Shown in pieces: positions 10,467-20,288 of a stretch of 64,000 bases of DNA; position 1 is the first letter of the stretch, and each line of letters begins with the position of its first letter. Both the position numbers and the translations under genes were made by a program. The notes under the pieces were generated by a model. It saw only the letters and a program-made list of their open reading frames with translations. It ran no database searches and was not told the origin of the DNA. Origin of the DNA: a phage; the NCBI GenBank assembly GCA_036439915.1, contig GCA_036439915.1_3065.1; one strand, 5' to 3'.

Positions 10467-12522
10467 ACATTTTGAACTTTTTAGACATTCCGTTGATATT
10501 AACCAAAGAAGCCAAGATTTGAGAAACTTCGTTTTCCTCTTCTTTTGATTCTTCTACAAGGAATTGATTAAATCCAGCCATTGGACGAACTTCACCAGTT
10601 TCCATTAGATGGTCGCCATCATATACCGATTCTTCTAATTGTTCAGAAGGAGGAACGATTGTGCCTTCGATTAGATACTTGTTATAAGCAGTTTCTTTCA
10701 TCATGTACGTACTCACTTTATTAATCTTCAGCAAAATTCCACGCGGTAGAATAACTTCAGCTTCTGATGGAAATCCTGATAAATGTCCTGGAACGATAAC
10801 TTTGATTCGCTCAGCTCCTTTAATTACCATACCCACGCTAGTTTCAGCATCTTCATTGGCATACGCAGAATGACTACCCATATGCATTAAATCTTCAGCG
10901 TCAACAGAACCTTCTCCTTCACCAGAAAATACTGCACTGGAATCATCTAGGGCCATATAGTTTTTACCATACTCACCGAAGATATTTGGTTTAAGCGATG
11001 TGGATACGAAGTTCTTGAAATAGAACATTTTATTTTCAATATTATGACGTAAAGTTTTAAAGGTAACTTCTTGGCCACGGTAAAGCGTAGTTCCTGGAGG
11101 AAGAACTGATCCTTTGGCAAAAGCAGAATCCATCGTCTCGATGTGTTTAATAGCTCGTTCCATATATTCTTCACGGGTAGAATCCGGTTTACCTAAAAGG
11201 AACGAGTTCATTTCAACATATGAATCTGCACAATAATCTTCAATTACATCAGACTCAGCCTGAGTTAATCCTTTTGGGGGTACTTCAGTACTTGCATATT
11301 CATACGCTTGAGAAGCAGACTCATTAATCAATTTATAAACGCCATTCATGACAAATTGAATAATAGCTACCTTTTCATCTGGCGTGGCTTTAGAACCTTT
11401 AACTAAATCATTGACAATTTTCTTAATAACATCAAAGCTATTAGAAATATTAATGTCAGCAAGATCACTTAAAATTTTATCAGTTTTATAATCAAAAAAT
11501 TCTTTATTCTTTAAATATTCTTGAGAACCTTGATATGATATATCGCTCTGTAACTTGATAGATGGATCACGTAAACGCGCATGAGCCAATGCAATATGAT
11601 TTCGGAAGCTTTCTAATTCATAATCACTAGATTTAAAACGGGAAGCACTTCTCATACCACCGATAGCTCCTTTGCTGAAGTTTGAACCAACCTGAATAAC
11701 GCCGGAGTTCATTGGTCCTTCTGCTTTATATACCGGAACTTTAGATTCAAACTCTTGGTATTTCTTAGCAGCGAAGCTATCACCCTGAAGCGAAGCATCG
11801 ACAGTAGAATATTGAGCTTGTGCTGCTAATCGACGACTAATTTTAGTTTTCTGAATAACAGCTTGATCCGTGCGCTTATCATTTTCTAAAGCAATAGAAG
11901 CGGCAACAGCGACAGCTTTAGGAACAGCATTACCTGTTTTAACATCTACATAAACATCACCAACCTTTGATTCAACTTTTGTGAATAACTCAGTTGAAAT
12001 AGGAGGTACACCTGGAATGTCTTCTAAATTGGCATTTTTACGGTAAACCATAATATATGCATATTTCTTATCATAGTCCCAGATTTCTTTTAAAAGAACA
12101 TATCGACCTGCTCCTTTAGTACGTACTAAACGGTCAGCAATAACTTGAATTTGTCGAGCTGCGCCATTTGTTTTACTCTTTAGTACGCGGAATAAGCATG
12201 CGTCAATTTTGTACTGTTTCATTGTCTGAAGAGCAGTATCAAAAACCGCATTAATGGCACCAATTGGATTTCCACCCAAGTTTTTAAGTTTAACTAATGA
12301 TAGTTTCTCATTGACACCTATCATTACGATATGCATCATTTTATCGCCTGGCTTAACGTTTTTGTTTGTATCACCGCCAGAGGTGTATGTACAAAATCTA
12401 AATCCAGGAAGCACGCTTTCTTCACCTGCTTGAATAGCAAAAATTTGAGGTATTTTATGCTTAGGATTTAAGTTAACAACCGGCGCCGAAGCGCCGTCAA
12501 ATAATTCTGTAATAAGTTCCAT
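10465..12522 (-). CDS. Alt-like ADP-ribosyltransferase, second paralog
   Basis: 685-aa ORF; N-terminal ~230 aa closely similar to adjacent Alt; R (LYRG), STS (FVSTSL) and ExE (SEAEV) motifs. Confidence 0.85.
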   Translation of the reverse strand: MELITELFDGASAPVVNLNPKHKIPQIFAIQAGEESVLPGFRFCTYTSGGDTNKNVKPGDKMMHIVMIGVNEKLSLVKLKNLGGNPIGAINAVFDTALQTMKQYKIDACLFRVLKSKTNGAARQIQVIADRLVRTKGAGRYVLLKEIWDYDKKYAYIMVYRKNANLEDIPGVPPISTELFTKVESKVGDVYVDVKTGNAVPKAVAVAASIALENDKRTDQAVIQKTKISRRLAAQAQYSTVDASLQGDSFAAKKYQEFESKVPVYKAEGPMNSGVIQVGSNFSKGAIGGMRSASRFKSSDYELESFRNHIALAHARLRDPSIKLQSDISYQGSQEYLKNKEFFDYKTDKILSDLADINISNSFDVIKKIVNDLVKGSKATPDEKVAIIQFVMNGVYKLINESASQAYEYASTEVPPKGLTQAESDVIEDYCADSYVEMNSFLLGKPDSTREEYMERAIKHIETMDSAFAKGSVLPPGTTLYRGQEVTFKTLRHNIENKMFYFKNFVSTSLKPNIFGEYGKNYMALDDSSAVFSGEGEGSVDAEDLMHMGSHSAYANEDAETSVGMVIKGAERIKVIVPGHLSGFPSEAEVILPRGILLKINKVSTYMMKETAYNKYLIEGTIVPPSEQLEESVYDGDHLMETGEVRPMAGFNQFLVEESKEEENEVSQILASLVNINGMSKKFKM

Positions 12523-12525
12523 GAT

Positions 12526-14622
12526 TTATCCTTGAACGAACTTGTAAGGCATGTTTGTAATATCTATGCAAGACGCAATAATTCCGAGAGATGATTCTGC
12601 TTTCTGTTTAACATTTGATGAAACAAATGATGCAAAGTCAACTCTGTCTTCTATTTCAATATCATCTGTCATTGCAACTACTTCACCAGTTTCCATTAGA
12701 CGGTCACCGTCATAAATTACTGATTCGGTGAGTTCTTCCGTAGTCATAACTTCAGTTTGAATGAGTTTTGTATTATTAGATGTTGTTCCGTCATTATTAG
12801 AAGCATCAGTTATTTTATTAACTTTGACCATCAATCCGCGTGGTAGAATTACTTCAGCTTCTGTTGCTATTCCGAGACTTCCTGGATATACAACATTAAC
12901 TTTATGAGCTCCATCAATTGCCCATCCTATTTGAACTTTAACGTATTCAGGATTTTCTTTATACGCTCTTATTTCGTTTGGATTAATAGTTATTCCTTCT
13001 TCATTTTTATCAACTGTTAATTCATTACGAGCTTCTGGTTCTAAAAGACCGATACCAGCATGTGTAATTCCAAAACGTCCAAAAATGATAGGAGTTAAAG
13101 AAGTAGATACAAAATTTCTGAAATAGAACACTTTATTTTTAACTAGCGCTTCGTATATAGGAGCAGTCATACTTTGAGCACGATAAACTGTAATGCCTTC
13201 TGGTATACGGTCACCATTTTCAAAAGCTGAATCTAAATTATTTATCGCAGATTCAATTTCTTTTTCACTCATTACATCATATCGTTCTGGATTGTAACGA
13301 CCCAAAAGAAGATTATTGATGTCAGTATATCCTGAACCACAATACTCTCTAATGCCGCGCTTTTGTGATGGAGTATATTTAGAACCATCACGGGCAATAG
13401 TAATATCAATCATTGGACCTGCACCAATTCCAGAAAAGCTATAAATCATTCGTTTGAGGAATTTAGTTTTTGCTGCGTTCCAGGAATTTTTAGTTATTTC
13501 TTCCCAGACTTCATCTGACTGCCCTTTACGGGTTTTATTATGTTTATCAAGCCAATTATCTTTATATTCTTCAAAGAATTTATTAATAGCTGCTGCATAC
13601 TTCTCTAAACATTTTATTGAAGTGGTTGGTTCATTTTTAATCGCATTGAGAATTACATCTTTAATTTTTTCAGAAACTTCATTAACCTCACTTTTTGAAA
13701 AGAATTTATAGTCATAGTGAAGTTCATCTGCGGTTCCTTCGGCAATAATTTTTGCTGCCTTAGTTTTAGAAGCTAATGAATTAATTCCAAGCTTCATTTC
13801 TTCTGCTTCGGGAATTAAAGGAGCTGTAGCAGGTTTATTGAAATTAGCTGCGGTAGATTCATATTTCTGGAATAATTCGCTTTCAAATCTAGAAGATTCT
13901 AATGACTGACTTTGCGCAATTGCTCTACGGGAAATTTTAACTTTAACGATTACAGCTTGGTCAGAACGTTTATCATTTTCTTGCGCAATAGATGCAGCAA
14001 TTGCCTCATTTTTAGTTACTTGAGCTCCAGTATCTTTATTGATATAAACATCGCCGACTTTCGATTCAACTTTAGTAAAGAGCTCGGTACTAATTTCCGG
14101 AACTCCTGGAATGTCTTCTAGTGATACATTTTTGCGATGTATAAGAATATATGCATACTTTTTATCATAATCCCAGAGTTCCTTAAGAAGGACGTATCTT
14201 CCACCTGAACGACTACGGATAAGTCTATCAGCAATAACTTGAATTTGTCGAGCTTGACCAGCAGTTTTAGACTTAAGAATACGGAGCATACAGGCATCAA
14301 TTTTATACTGACGCATCGTCTGCATTGCAACAGTAAAAACTGAATTGATGTAATTAATTGGGCTTGGACCGAGACCTTTTAATTTAGCAATTGAACCTTT
14401 AGCAGTTAATGTAAAAGGAACAATATGCATCATTTTATCGCCCATTTTTAAATCGCGATTAGTATCACCTCCAGATGTATAGGTACATAAACGAAAGCCT
14501 GGTTGTTCAATTGCGTCATCAACGTGAACTGAAAAAATTTGTGGTATTTTCTTCTTTGGATTTAAGTTTGTAATCGGAAGAGTAGTATCTTCGTCAAATA
14601 ATTCTGTAATAAGTTCCATCAT
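12526..14622 (-). CDS. alt: Alt ADP-ribosyltransferase (virion-packaged, modifies host RNA polymerase)
   Basis: 698-aa ORF adjacent to ligase as in T4; R (VYRAQ), STS (FVSTSL), ExE (TEAEV) motifs. Confidence 0.9.
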   Translation of the reverse strand: MMELITELFDEDTTLPITNLNPKKKIPQIFSVHVDDAIEQPGFRLCTYTSGGDTNRDLKMGDKMMHIVPFTLTAKGSIAKLKGLGPSPINYINSVFTVAMQTMRQYKIDACMLRILKSKTAGQARQIQVIADRLIRSRSGGRYVLLKELWDYDKKYAYILIHRKNVSLEDIPGVPEISTELFTKVESKVGDVYINKDTGAQVTKNEAIAASIAQENDKRSDQAVIVKVKISRRAIAQSQSLESSRFESELFQKYESTAANFNKPATAPLIPEAEEMKLGINSLASKTKAAKIIAEGTADELHYDYKFFSKSEVNEVSEKIKDVILNAIKNEPTTSIKCLEKYAAAINKFFEEYKDNWLDKHNKTRKGQSDEVWEEITKNSWNAAKTKFLKRMIYSFSGIGAGPMIDITIARDGSKYTPSQKRGIREYCGSGYTDINNLLLGRYNPERYDVMSEKEIESAINNLDSAFENGDRIPEGITVYRAQSMTAPIYEALVKNKVFYFRNFVSTSLTPIIFGRFGITHAGIGLLEPEARNELTVDKNEEGITINPNEIRAYKENPEYVKVQIGWAIDGAHKVNVVYPGSLGIATEAEVILPRGLMVKVNKITDASNNDGTTSNNTKLIQTEVMTTEELTESVIYDGDRLMETGEVVAMTDDIEIEDRVDFASFVSSNVKQKAESSLGIIASCIDITNMPYKFVQG

Positions 14623-14642
14623 ATCCTCTCTAGTGTTTATTC

Positions 14643-14650
14643 TATTTATA
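14643..14650 (-). promoter_or_regulatory. candidate late promoter TATAAATA upstream of alt
   Basis: tatttata on + strand about 20 nt upstream of alt start. Confidence 0.5.
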
Positions 14651-14656
14651 AAATTA

Positions 14657-14674
14657 AAGGCCCGAAGGCCTTTA
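14657..14674. terminator. GC hairpin aaaggcccgaaggccttt
   Basis: perfect inverted repeat with cgaa loop between 62-aa ORF and alt. Confidence 0.45.
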
Positions 14675-14860
14675 ATAATCTAGTGGTAAGAGAGTACGAT
14701 ATATTTCAAACTTTGGCCCTTTTTCATAGGCATCAAATGTTTCTGTAAATTTATTATAAGCATATGCATCTACAAATTCAAGAACGATTTGTGATACAGA
14801 AGTAGAAACATCTCCACCTTCTTTTTGAGCCACGACAATTGTTTCTAAGTAAGCTTTCAT
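14672..14860 (-). CDS. hypothetical protein between gene 30 and alt
   Basis: 62-aa ORF overlapping ligase stop by 4 nt. Confidence 0.6.
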   Translation of the reverse strand: MKAYLETIVVAQKEGGDVSTSVSQIVLEFVDAYAYNKFTETFDAYEKGPKFEIYRTLLPLDY

Positions 14861-16317
14861 AGACCAGTTACCTCATGAAAATCACCAAATACATCCTCGA
14901 ATGTATTAGCTTTAGTTTTATCTTCACGTAAACGAATCGCAATCGGAAGAAATAATTTAACGTAATCAGTGCGGCCATCAGATTTTAACCAACCGTTGCA
15001 TTCGCACTCTAGAATTTTTCCAATATAATAATTTTGTTTTTCCATAATGCGAGTACGGTCAAGTTCATGTGATTTTACGCCAGCTTTATCTTTTAAACCT
15101 GAACCGGCATTTACTTTAATTTTTCCACACTCTGATTCAAGAATAAATCCACCTGCTTTAGTAGGATCTTTACGGTGAGGATAAATTCCTACAATTTTTA
15201 AATCAACATCAATTACTTCTTTAAATTTATAGAGATTTTTTGAACGAGCATTTTCCCACAATCCATCGGTATTTTTGAGAATAATACCTTCAAGACCTTG
15301 GTCAATATATTTTTTATAAATTACCTTAGCTTCATCTAGGTTATTTACTACCTGGTTTTCAATTAAAATTACTTTATCATATCCTGATGTCATTTGTTCT
15401 AGTTTAGAAAAACGTACATCATATTTTAAACGAAACGCCGGAAGACCGTATATTTCTACCAACGGAACATAATCCCAGACCTGAAACTTCATGCATTTGG
15501 CTTCTTTTTCGGAAATGGTTCCTTTTAAGGATTTATTGGCGATTCCATTAGAAGCAGTACGAGATTCCGCTACTTCGGCGAATTCTTTAGCTTTACTAAT
15601 TTCAGGAGCATCAAAAAGAAAATCTAGGCCTTCTGGTTCCTTTTCAACTTGCTCATGGTATACCAATTCGCCATCAATTAACACACCTTCTGGATGAATC
15701 TGGCGGGCTTCAGCGGTCATTTTGATTAACTCTTCCTTAAGAAGATCTAATCCTAGGTATTCATTGCCAGCTCGCGATAAAAGACGAACATCATCTAATT
15801 CATCACCTCGGACTTCAGCAAAACACCGAGCTCCATCTGCTTTTAACTGCGCAAAAGCTGGAAATTTGATATTCTTACTAATGCCTTTTTCATCATAAGA
15901 ACTTGCAAGCATTTGAGGTTGTTCAGGAATTAAACCTGGCCAAACTTTGTTTGCAATAGATACTGATGCACCGCATTCAAGGTCTCGCATCATCACCCGA
16001 CGCAAAACTTCAACATCATCTTTTTTACCGTCAGTAATATATCCAGTTAATTCCTCAATTGCCGCATTTCCAGTCAATTTCCGAGTAGCTAATGTGAATT
16101 CAATGAAGTCAAGCATATCGGTAAGAGTCAACATTCCAAAACTCTGGGTAGCAATACCAGGTTTAGGCCATTTCTTGATATAATACTGTAACCCACGAGA
16201 ATAAGTCAGACGATATACTCGTTTGAGCAATTCATTATCTTTATTCTTTTCAAGAATTGCTTGCTTTTGCTTAGTTGAACCAATAGATGCTATTTCATTC
16301 AGAATTTTAAGAATCAT
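14857..16317 (-). CDS. 30: ATP-dependent DNA ligase
   Basis: 486-aa ORF recognised as T4 DNA ligase; KADG adenylation motif. Confidence 0.95.
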   Translation of the reverse strand: MILKILNEIASIGSTKQKQAILEKNKDNELLKRVYRLTYSRGLQYYIKKWPKPGIATQSFGMLTLTDMLDFIEFTLATRKLTGNAAIEELTGYITDGKKDDVEVLRRVMMRDLECGASVSIANKVWPGLIPEQPQMLASSYDEKGISKNIKFPAFAQLKADGARCFAEVRGDELDDVRLLSRAGNEYLGLDLLKEELIKMTAEARQIHPEGVLIDGELVYHEQVEKEPEGLDFLFDAPEISKAKEFAEVAESRTASNGIANKSLKGTISEKEAKCMKFQVWDYVPLVEIYGLPAFRLKYDVRFSKLEQMTSGYDKVILIENQVVNNLDEAKVIYKKYIDQGLEGIILKNTDGLWENARSKNLYKFKEVIDVDLKIVGIYPHRKDPTKAGGFILESECGKIKVNAGSGLKDKAGVKSHELDRTRIMEKQNYYIGKILECECNGWLKSDGRTDYVKLFLPIAIRLREDKTKANTFEDVFGDFHEVTGL

Positions 16318-16583
16318 TGTTCATCCTTTAGAGTTTGGTTTACAGCTCTATTATAAATCAATTCATCATTAAGCTCAGGCAAAGACTTATGATATGTAGT
16401 TCTAACTTTATTTCCTTGCATCCAGTGCTTGACGTAAATGAAACCTTGTTCTACACATTTTTTAAAAATTCGTTCGTCTTTTTGAGCACGGAATTCTGGA
16501 TTGCATCTAAAAAATTGATTTACGTGACCGTAATCACGTGTAGTATTACCTTCATTTTCATAAATAGTATGAACAACAAACAT
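16314..16583 (-). CDS. hypothetical protein (30.1 position)
   Basis: 89-aa ORF; synteny. Confidence 0.65.
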   Translation of the reverse strand: MFVVHTIYENEGNTTRDYGHVNQFFRCNPEFRAQKDERIFKKCVEQGFIYVKHWMQGNKVRTTYHKSLPELNDELIYNRAVNQTLKDEQ

Positions 16584-17419
16584 TAGAATGCTCCTTGAAA
16601 AATATTATCACCACTAGTAGGTCTATTATACAAATACTCTATGCCACCAGGTTTAATATAGTTCCATGTCTGAAACGGATATGGATGATATGGATGATAT
16701 AGATTATAAGGATTAAATCCAGGCGTTCTCCAGGTAGTGTTCCAAGGAAAAGAATCGTTTTTAACCATCTTCTCAATTACATCTTTTATAGCTTTTTCAC
16801 TATCAAAATTTTCTTTATTTTCCTTCGGTGAAAAAAGCTTATTTTCTACATCATTCCATGTATAAACTCGCTGAGCAGTTTTTGGAATATTGTCACGTTC
16901 TCCTCGAGCCATCCAATAAACCGGAACATTTAATATTTCACTCGCGTGGTCGCAGTGGTGAGCGAGATCGTCAATATAACAAATTACGTTATATTTCTCT
17001 TTTGCCTTTTTAAACAACTCTTCTTTTGAAGAATCATGACCACACATCATTACTTCTGAGAAGGCACCAGGAAAAAGAGCATTCAAATTAAATTGACGAT
17101 TTAATAGAGCATCAATAGAATCACCCAATGCTGTAACAGCTACAAAATTATAATCTTCTTTTAATTTGTTAATTACACACAGGGCATCTTTATACGGAGA
17201 CAAGTAACGAATAAAATCTGAACGATTGTATTTTTCAATTAACTTGACGCCAAGTTCTTCGTCACAATTAAAGAGTTTACCTGGAGAAATAAATTTCTCA
17301 TCTTGGATCATTTTTAAAATATGTTCTAATGGAAGATTATATTTCTGAGCAAAATAAGGAAGGCCTGATTGCCAGCTTAAACATACTCCATCAATATCAG
17401 TCAAAATAGTTGGCTTCAT
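16583..17419 (-). CDS. hypothetical protein with HAD-like DxDGV motif (30.2 position)
   Basis: 278-aa ORF; N-terminal ILTDIDGVCLSW resembles HAD motif I. Confidence 0.65.
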   Translation of the reverse strand: MKPTILTDIDGVCLSWQSGLPYFAQKYNLPLEHILKMIQDEKFISPGKLFNCDEELGVKLIEKYNRSDFIRYLSPYKDALCVINKLKEDYNFVAVTALGDSIDALLNRQFNLNALFPGAFSEVMMCGHDSSKEELFKKAKEKYNVICYIDDLAHHCDHASEILNVPVYWMARGERDNIPKTAQRVYTWNDVENKLFSPKENKENFDSEKAIKDVIEKMVKNDSFPWNTTWRTPGFNPYNLYHPYHPYPFQTWNYIKPGGIEYLYNRPTSGDNIFQGAF

Positions 17420-17880
17420 AGAGAGTCTCTTAATAGGTTTAACACATCAATAAATTCAGCTTCGGTTAGTATTGTATCATCTTTTGTTAGACCACTAGCC
17501 ATGCTGTGCTTCAAAACTTTTCCTTTCGAGGCTTGTAATGCATCACGAAAGCCCCTGTTTTGGATCGCTGCTTCAAAATATGCATTTGTGTATAATTCTT
17601 TCCATGCTGGAGAGTATCTTGAAAATGGAACTCCAAGCCAGAACAACGTGCCACGGTCCTGAGCTCTAGCATAAGACCTTCCAGCTTGTTGAGCGGCAAG
17701 CCCGGATAACCCAAATATACGTCTTTGCTGTTCAACATTTTTCACCTTACACCCTTGGAGGAATCCTTCGAGACCTCCAAATTGGATACCGTCCATAACA
17801 AAAGGCCATTGGGCGAAATTGCTTAATGCACATGATGGCCATCTAAAATTGCTTCTTATCTCTAGCTCAGACATTTTCAA
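17416..17880 (-). CDS. NADAR (YbiA/DUF1768)-like protein (30.3 position)
   Basis: 154-aa ORF; LSNFAQWPFVMDG...EGFLQGCK resembles YbiA FSNFAAWPIKVDG...EHYFQAQK. Confidence 0.6.
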   Translation of the reverse strand: MKMSELEIRSNFRWPSCALSNFAQWPFVMDGIQFGGLEGFLQGCKVKNVEQQRRIFGLSGLAAQQAGRSYARAQDRGTLFWLGVPFSRYSPAWKELYTNAYFEAAIQNRGFRDALQASKGKVLKHSMASGLTKDDTILTEAEFIDVLNLLRDSL

Positions 17881-18073
17881 TACTTATAATTTCAACATCA
17901 GCCCAATGACCATAGCAAGGAAGACGAAATTCAACTGGCCAGTTAGGGTCCTTTTCTAATATAATAGACTTAACTTGTGGTTCTTCATGTTCATCGGTAT
18001 ACGGACCTTTATACGTTACTTTATATGTGACCTTAATGTACTGAATTCCAAAAATCTTATTAATTATATTCAT
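17867..18073 (-). CDS. hypothetical protein
   Basis: 68-aa ORF in 30.x block. Confidence 0.55.
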   Translation of the reverse strand: MNIINKIFGIQYIKVTYKVTYKGPYTDEHEEPQVKSIILEKDPNWPVEFRLPCYGHWADVEIISIENV

Positions 18074-18267
18074 ACTAATTCCTTTAATCCGTAAATAGGA
18101 GACAATTCATCACCCATACGAAGGTCTTCATTTCCATCTACCCAGGAAACAATATAAGCCTCTTTTATTTGAACACCACTCCATTTAAATGGAGGTAGAA
18201 CCTTAGAAATTAATCCAGGTATACCAACTCCCTTTAATTCAACAGTTTGACCTAAAAAGAATTTCAT
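18070..18267 (-). CDS. hypothetical protein
   Basis: 65-aa ORF, 4-nt overlaps with neighbours. Confidence 0.55.
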   Translation of the reverse strand: MKFFLGQTVELKGVGIPGLISKVLPPFKWSGVQIKEAYIVSWVDGNEDLRMGDELSPIYGLKELV

Positions 18268-18554
18268 TAGAACCTCATCTGAAAACCATGCGATTTAACA
18301 TTACCGCCGCCAATATCAGAAATATTAATTTCACGCGCAATTGAAGGGTCAATGTCAATTTCACGATTAAGTTTAGCGATAGCTAAAGTATCACGCCCAT
18401 TTACTGTACGGAATTCTAAAGGACAAACCACATCAACGTAATTTTTAATCGATTCACTGGTAGGCTGCAAATGAGCAGGAAGGTCTTTAGGTGCCTTTGA
18501 GAAAACCACTTCACAAAAATTTTTGCGGGTGTCAAAATAAGTAGTCATAAACAT
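18267..18554 (-). CDS. hypothetical protein
   Basis: 95-aa ORF in 30.x block. Confidence 0.6.
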   Translation of the reverse strand: MFMTTYFDTRKNFCEVVFSKAPKDLPAHLQPTSESIKNYVDVVCPLEFRTVNGRDTLAIAKLNREIDIDPSIAREINISDIGGGNVKSHGFQMRF

Positions 18555-18595
18555 AATATTTTCCTCAGTAAGGGGCCGAAGCCCCTCATTTTATT

Positions 18596-18961
18596 TTAAA
18601 TATCAAATTCGTTAAGAACTACATCAAAGATTGCTTCAAGATGCTCAGGTTTAGCTCTGTTACTCAGAATATGACGAATCCAAGTTTTAACCAAAAGCTT
18701 GCGATTATCACCATTCCAGCAAGGATGAGTCCCTAAATCGCGTTGACGAAAATCATCATCTAAAGCGATTTTAAAATTTGAACCTTCCACTGTGATTGAA
18801 ACCGTGATGCCATTTTCAAATCGCATATAAACGTAGTTAGGAGTCATATACTGTTCAATTTCGCATACTGATCCATTTTGATGTTTCCAAAGGCAAATAG
18901 TATCAATAGAACCTGCAATACCATTAGAAACATATTTACGTTCAAAGTTGATGTAGTTCAT
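18596..18961 (-). CDS. hypothetical protein
   Basis: 121-aa ORF in 30.x block. Confidence 0.6.
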   Translation of the reverse strand: MNYINFERKYVSNGIAGSIDTICLWKHQNGSVCEIEQYMTPNYVYMRFENGITVSITVEGSNFKIALDDDFRQRDLGTHPCWNGDNRKLLVKTWIRHILSNRAKPEHLEAIFDVVLNEFDI

Positions 18962-19029
18962 TTTTGTTCTCCGAGATGTTTAATTGCGGTACAGGTATAT
19001 AATATCATATCCTGTACCAAAGTAAACAA

Positions 19030-19362
19030 TTATTTTACTACTTTCCAGTGCTTCATGTCAAGTTTACCGACTTTTTTCATCTTCTCAATTAAGCGTTCGG
19101 CACGTTGGCGAGCTGTAACATAATACCATTCACCTAATTCATTTTGTTCAATTTTTCCAACGATTACTGTATTCAATTCATAAATCCAACCAGTAAAGAA
19201 ATTATGAACTTGAATTGTAAAGGTGAAATCTGTTCCCATACCTTCTGTTGTTTCTACTTCAATAATATCACCTTCAACTGCTATTAAGAACCACATAGTT
19301 TCGTTATATTCACCATTGAAGCATTTAGCTTTAACTGCAGCGTTCAGATTAATCGTTTTCAT
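19030..19362 (-). CDS. hypothetical protein
   Basis: 110-aa ORF preceded by early-promoter-like GTTTAC/TACTAT. Confidence 0.6.
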   Translation of the reverse strand: MKTINLNAAVKAKCFNGEYNETMWFLIAVEGDIIEVETTEGMGTDFTFTIQVHNFFTGWIYELNTVIVGKIEQNELGEWYYVTARQRAERLIEKMKKVGKLDMKHWKVVK

Positions 19363-19440
19363 TTTATTCTCCTTTGTTTGTGTAAGATAATACTATCACA
19401 AAGGAACCATACTGTAAACAACTTTATGCAATCTTTGGAA

Positions 19441-19467
19441 AATAAAAAAGGACTCCCGAAGGAGTCC
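19441..19467 (-). terminator. intrinsic terminator downstream of 30.9-like ORF
   Basis: ggactcc-cgaa-ggagtcc hairpin followed on minus strand by T run. Confidence 0.75.
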
Positions 19468-19472
19468 TCAAC

Positions 19473-19649
19473 TTATGCTTTCTGCTTACCAAAACGAGAA
19501 GCATCATCTCGAAGAACCGCACGTGCTCGGCGCATGATCTTCTCAACAGTTTGATTGATACGAGAGTTCGACCCACGCTTGTAGCCAGCGCGTTTAGAAT
19601 CACCAACTTTCTTTTCAACTGCTTTCTTTGCTTTAGCTTGTTTTGCCAT
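19473..19649 (-). CDS. small lysine/arginine-rich protein (30.9 position)
   Basis: 58 aa from MAKQAKAKK; ORF-track 5' extension discounted. Confidence 0.55.
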   Translation of the reverse strand: MAKQAKAKKAVEKKVGDSKRAGYKRGSNSRINQTVEKIMRRARAVLRDDASRFGKQKA

Positions 19650-19892
19650 TATAAATTCTCTTTTAAATGAAAATGCAGGACTTATTGGCATTGCCTGCGC
19701 AAGCCCTCAAGGGGAACATAGGTTTTGGATATTTAACGACAGGATAACCATAAACCCGTCATCATTCACATTCAAGAGGTACACCATAAAACTGCCGGGG
19801 TCTTAAAACTATAATGATTCGCAAATCATTAATCAGACAGTTCGATGGCTCCTCGATTTTAGCTCACACTAAGGCAGTGAATCTCCAATAAA

Positions 19893-20141
19893 TTACTTCA
19901 GTGTTACCACAAAGTGACGAACTGCTTTTCGTGCAGCAGAAGCCAGAGGCTTAGCATACTTAAGTTCATCTTTTTCCTGAAGCTCAGCAGCTAATGCAGT
20001 TTGAGCAGGATTCAGATGTTTGAAATAACGCAGGATTTCAAGAGCTTCGGCTTCAACATCAATAGATGCGCCATAGTTTTCGTGACCATTATTCCATGCG
20101 TTTCGTTGCAGTTCAAGAGCGTGTTGTAATTGTTTAATCAT
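19893..20141 (-). CDS. rIII: rIII lysis-inhibition accessory protein
   Basis: 82-aa ORF recognised as T4 RIII. Confidence 0.9.
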   Translation of the reverse strand: MIKQLQHALELQRNAWNNGHENYGASIDVEAEALEILRYFKHLNPAQTALAAELQEKDELKYAKPLASAARKAVRHFVVTLK

Positions 20142-20288
20142 TTAAAAATTCTCGTTAGAGATTAAAACTCGGTAGTCACGTTCTTCTGAATTTCATCTTC
20201 TTTCGACAGATCTCTCAGTTGTAGACTACCACATAGAATTGTTCGGTTAACTTATTATTCCGACACCCAATTCATATTATTATTTATA

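Noticed and set aside
18571-18584. GC hairpin ggggc-cgaa-gcccc called as a minus-strand terminator
   Set aside because: On the minus (coding) strand it is not followed by a U tract. The T run follows it only on the non-coding + strand, so it is more likely an RNA-stability or processing hairpin.
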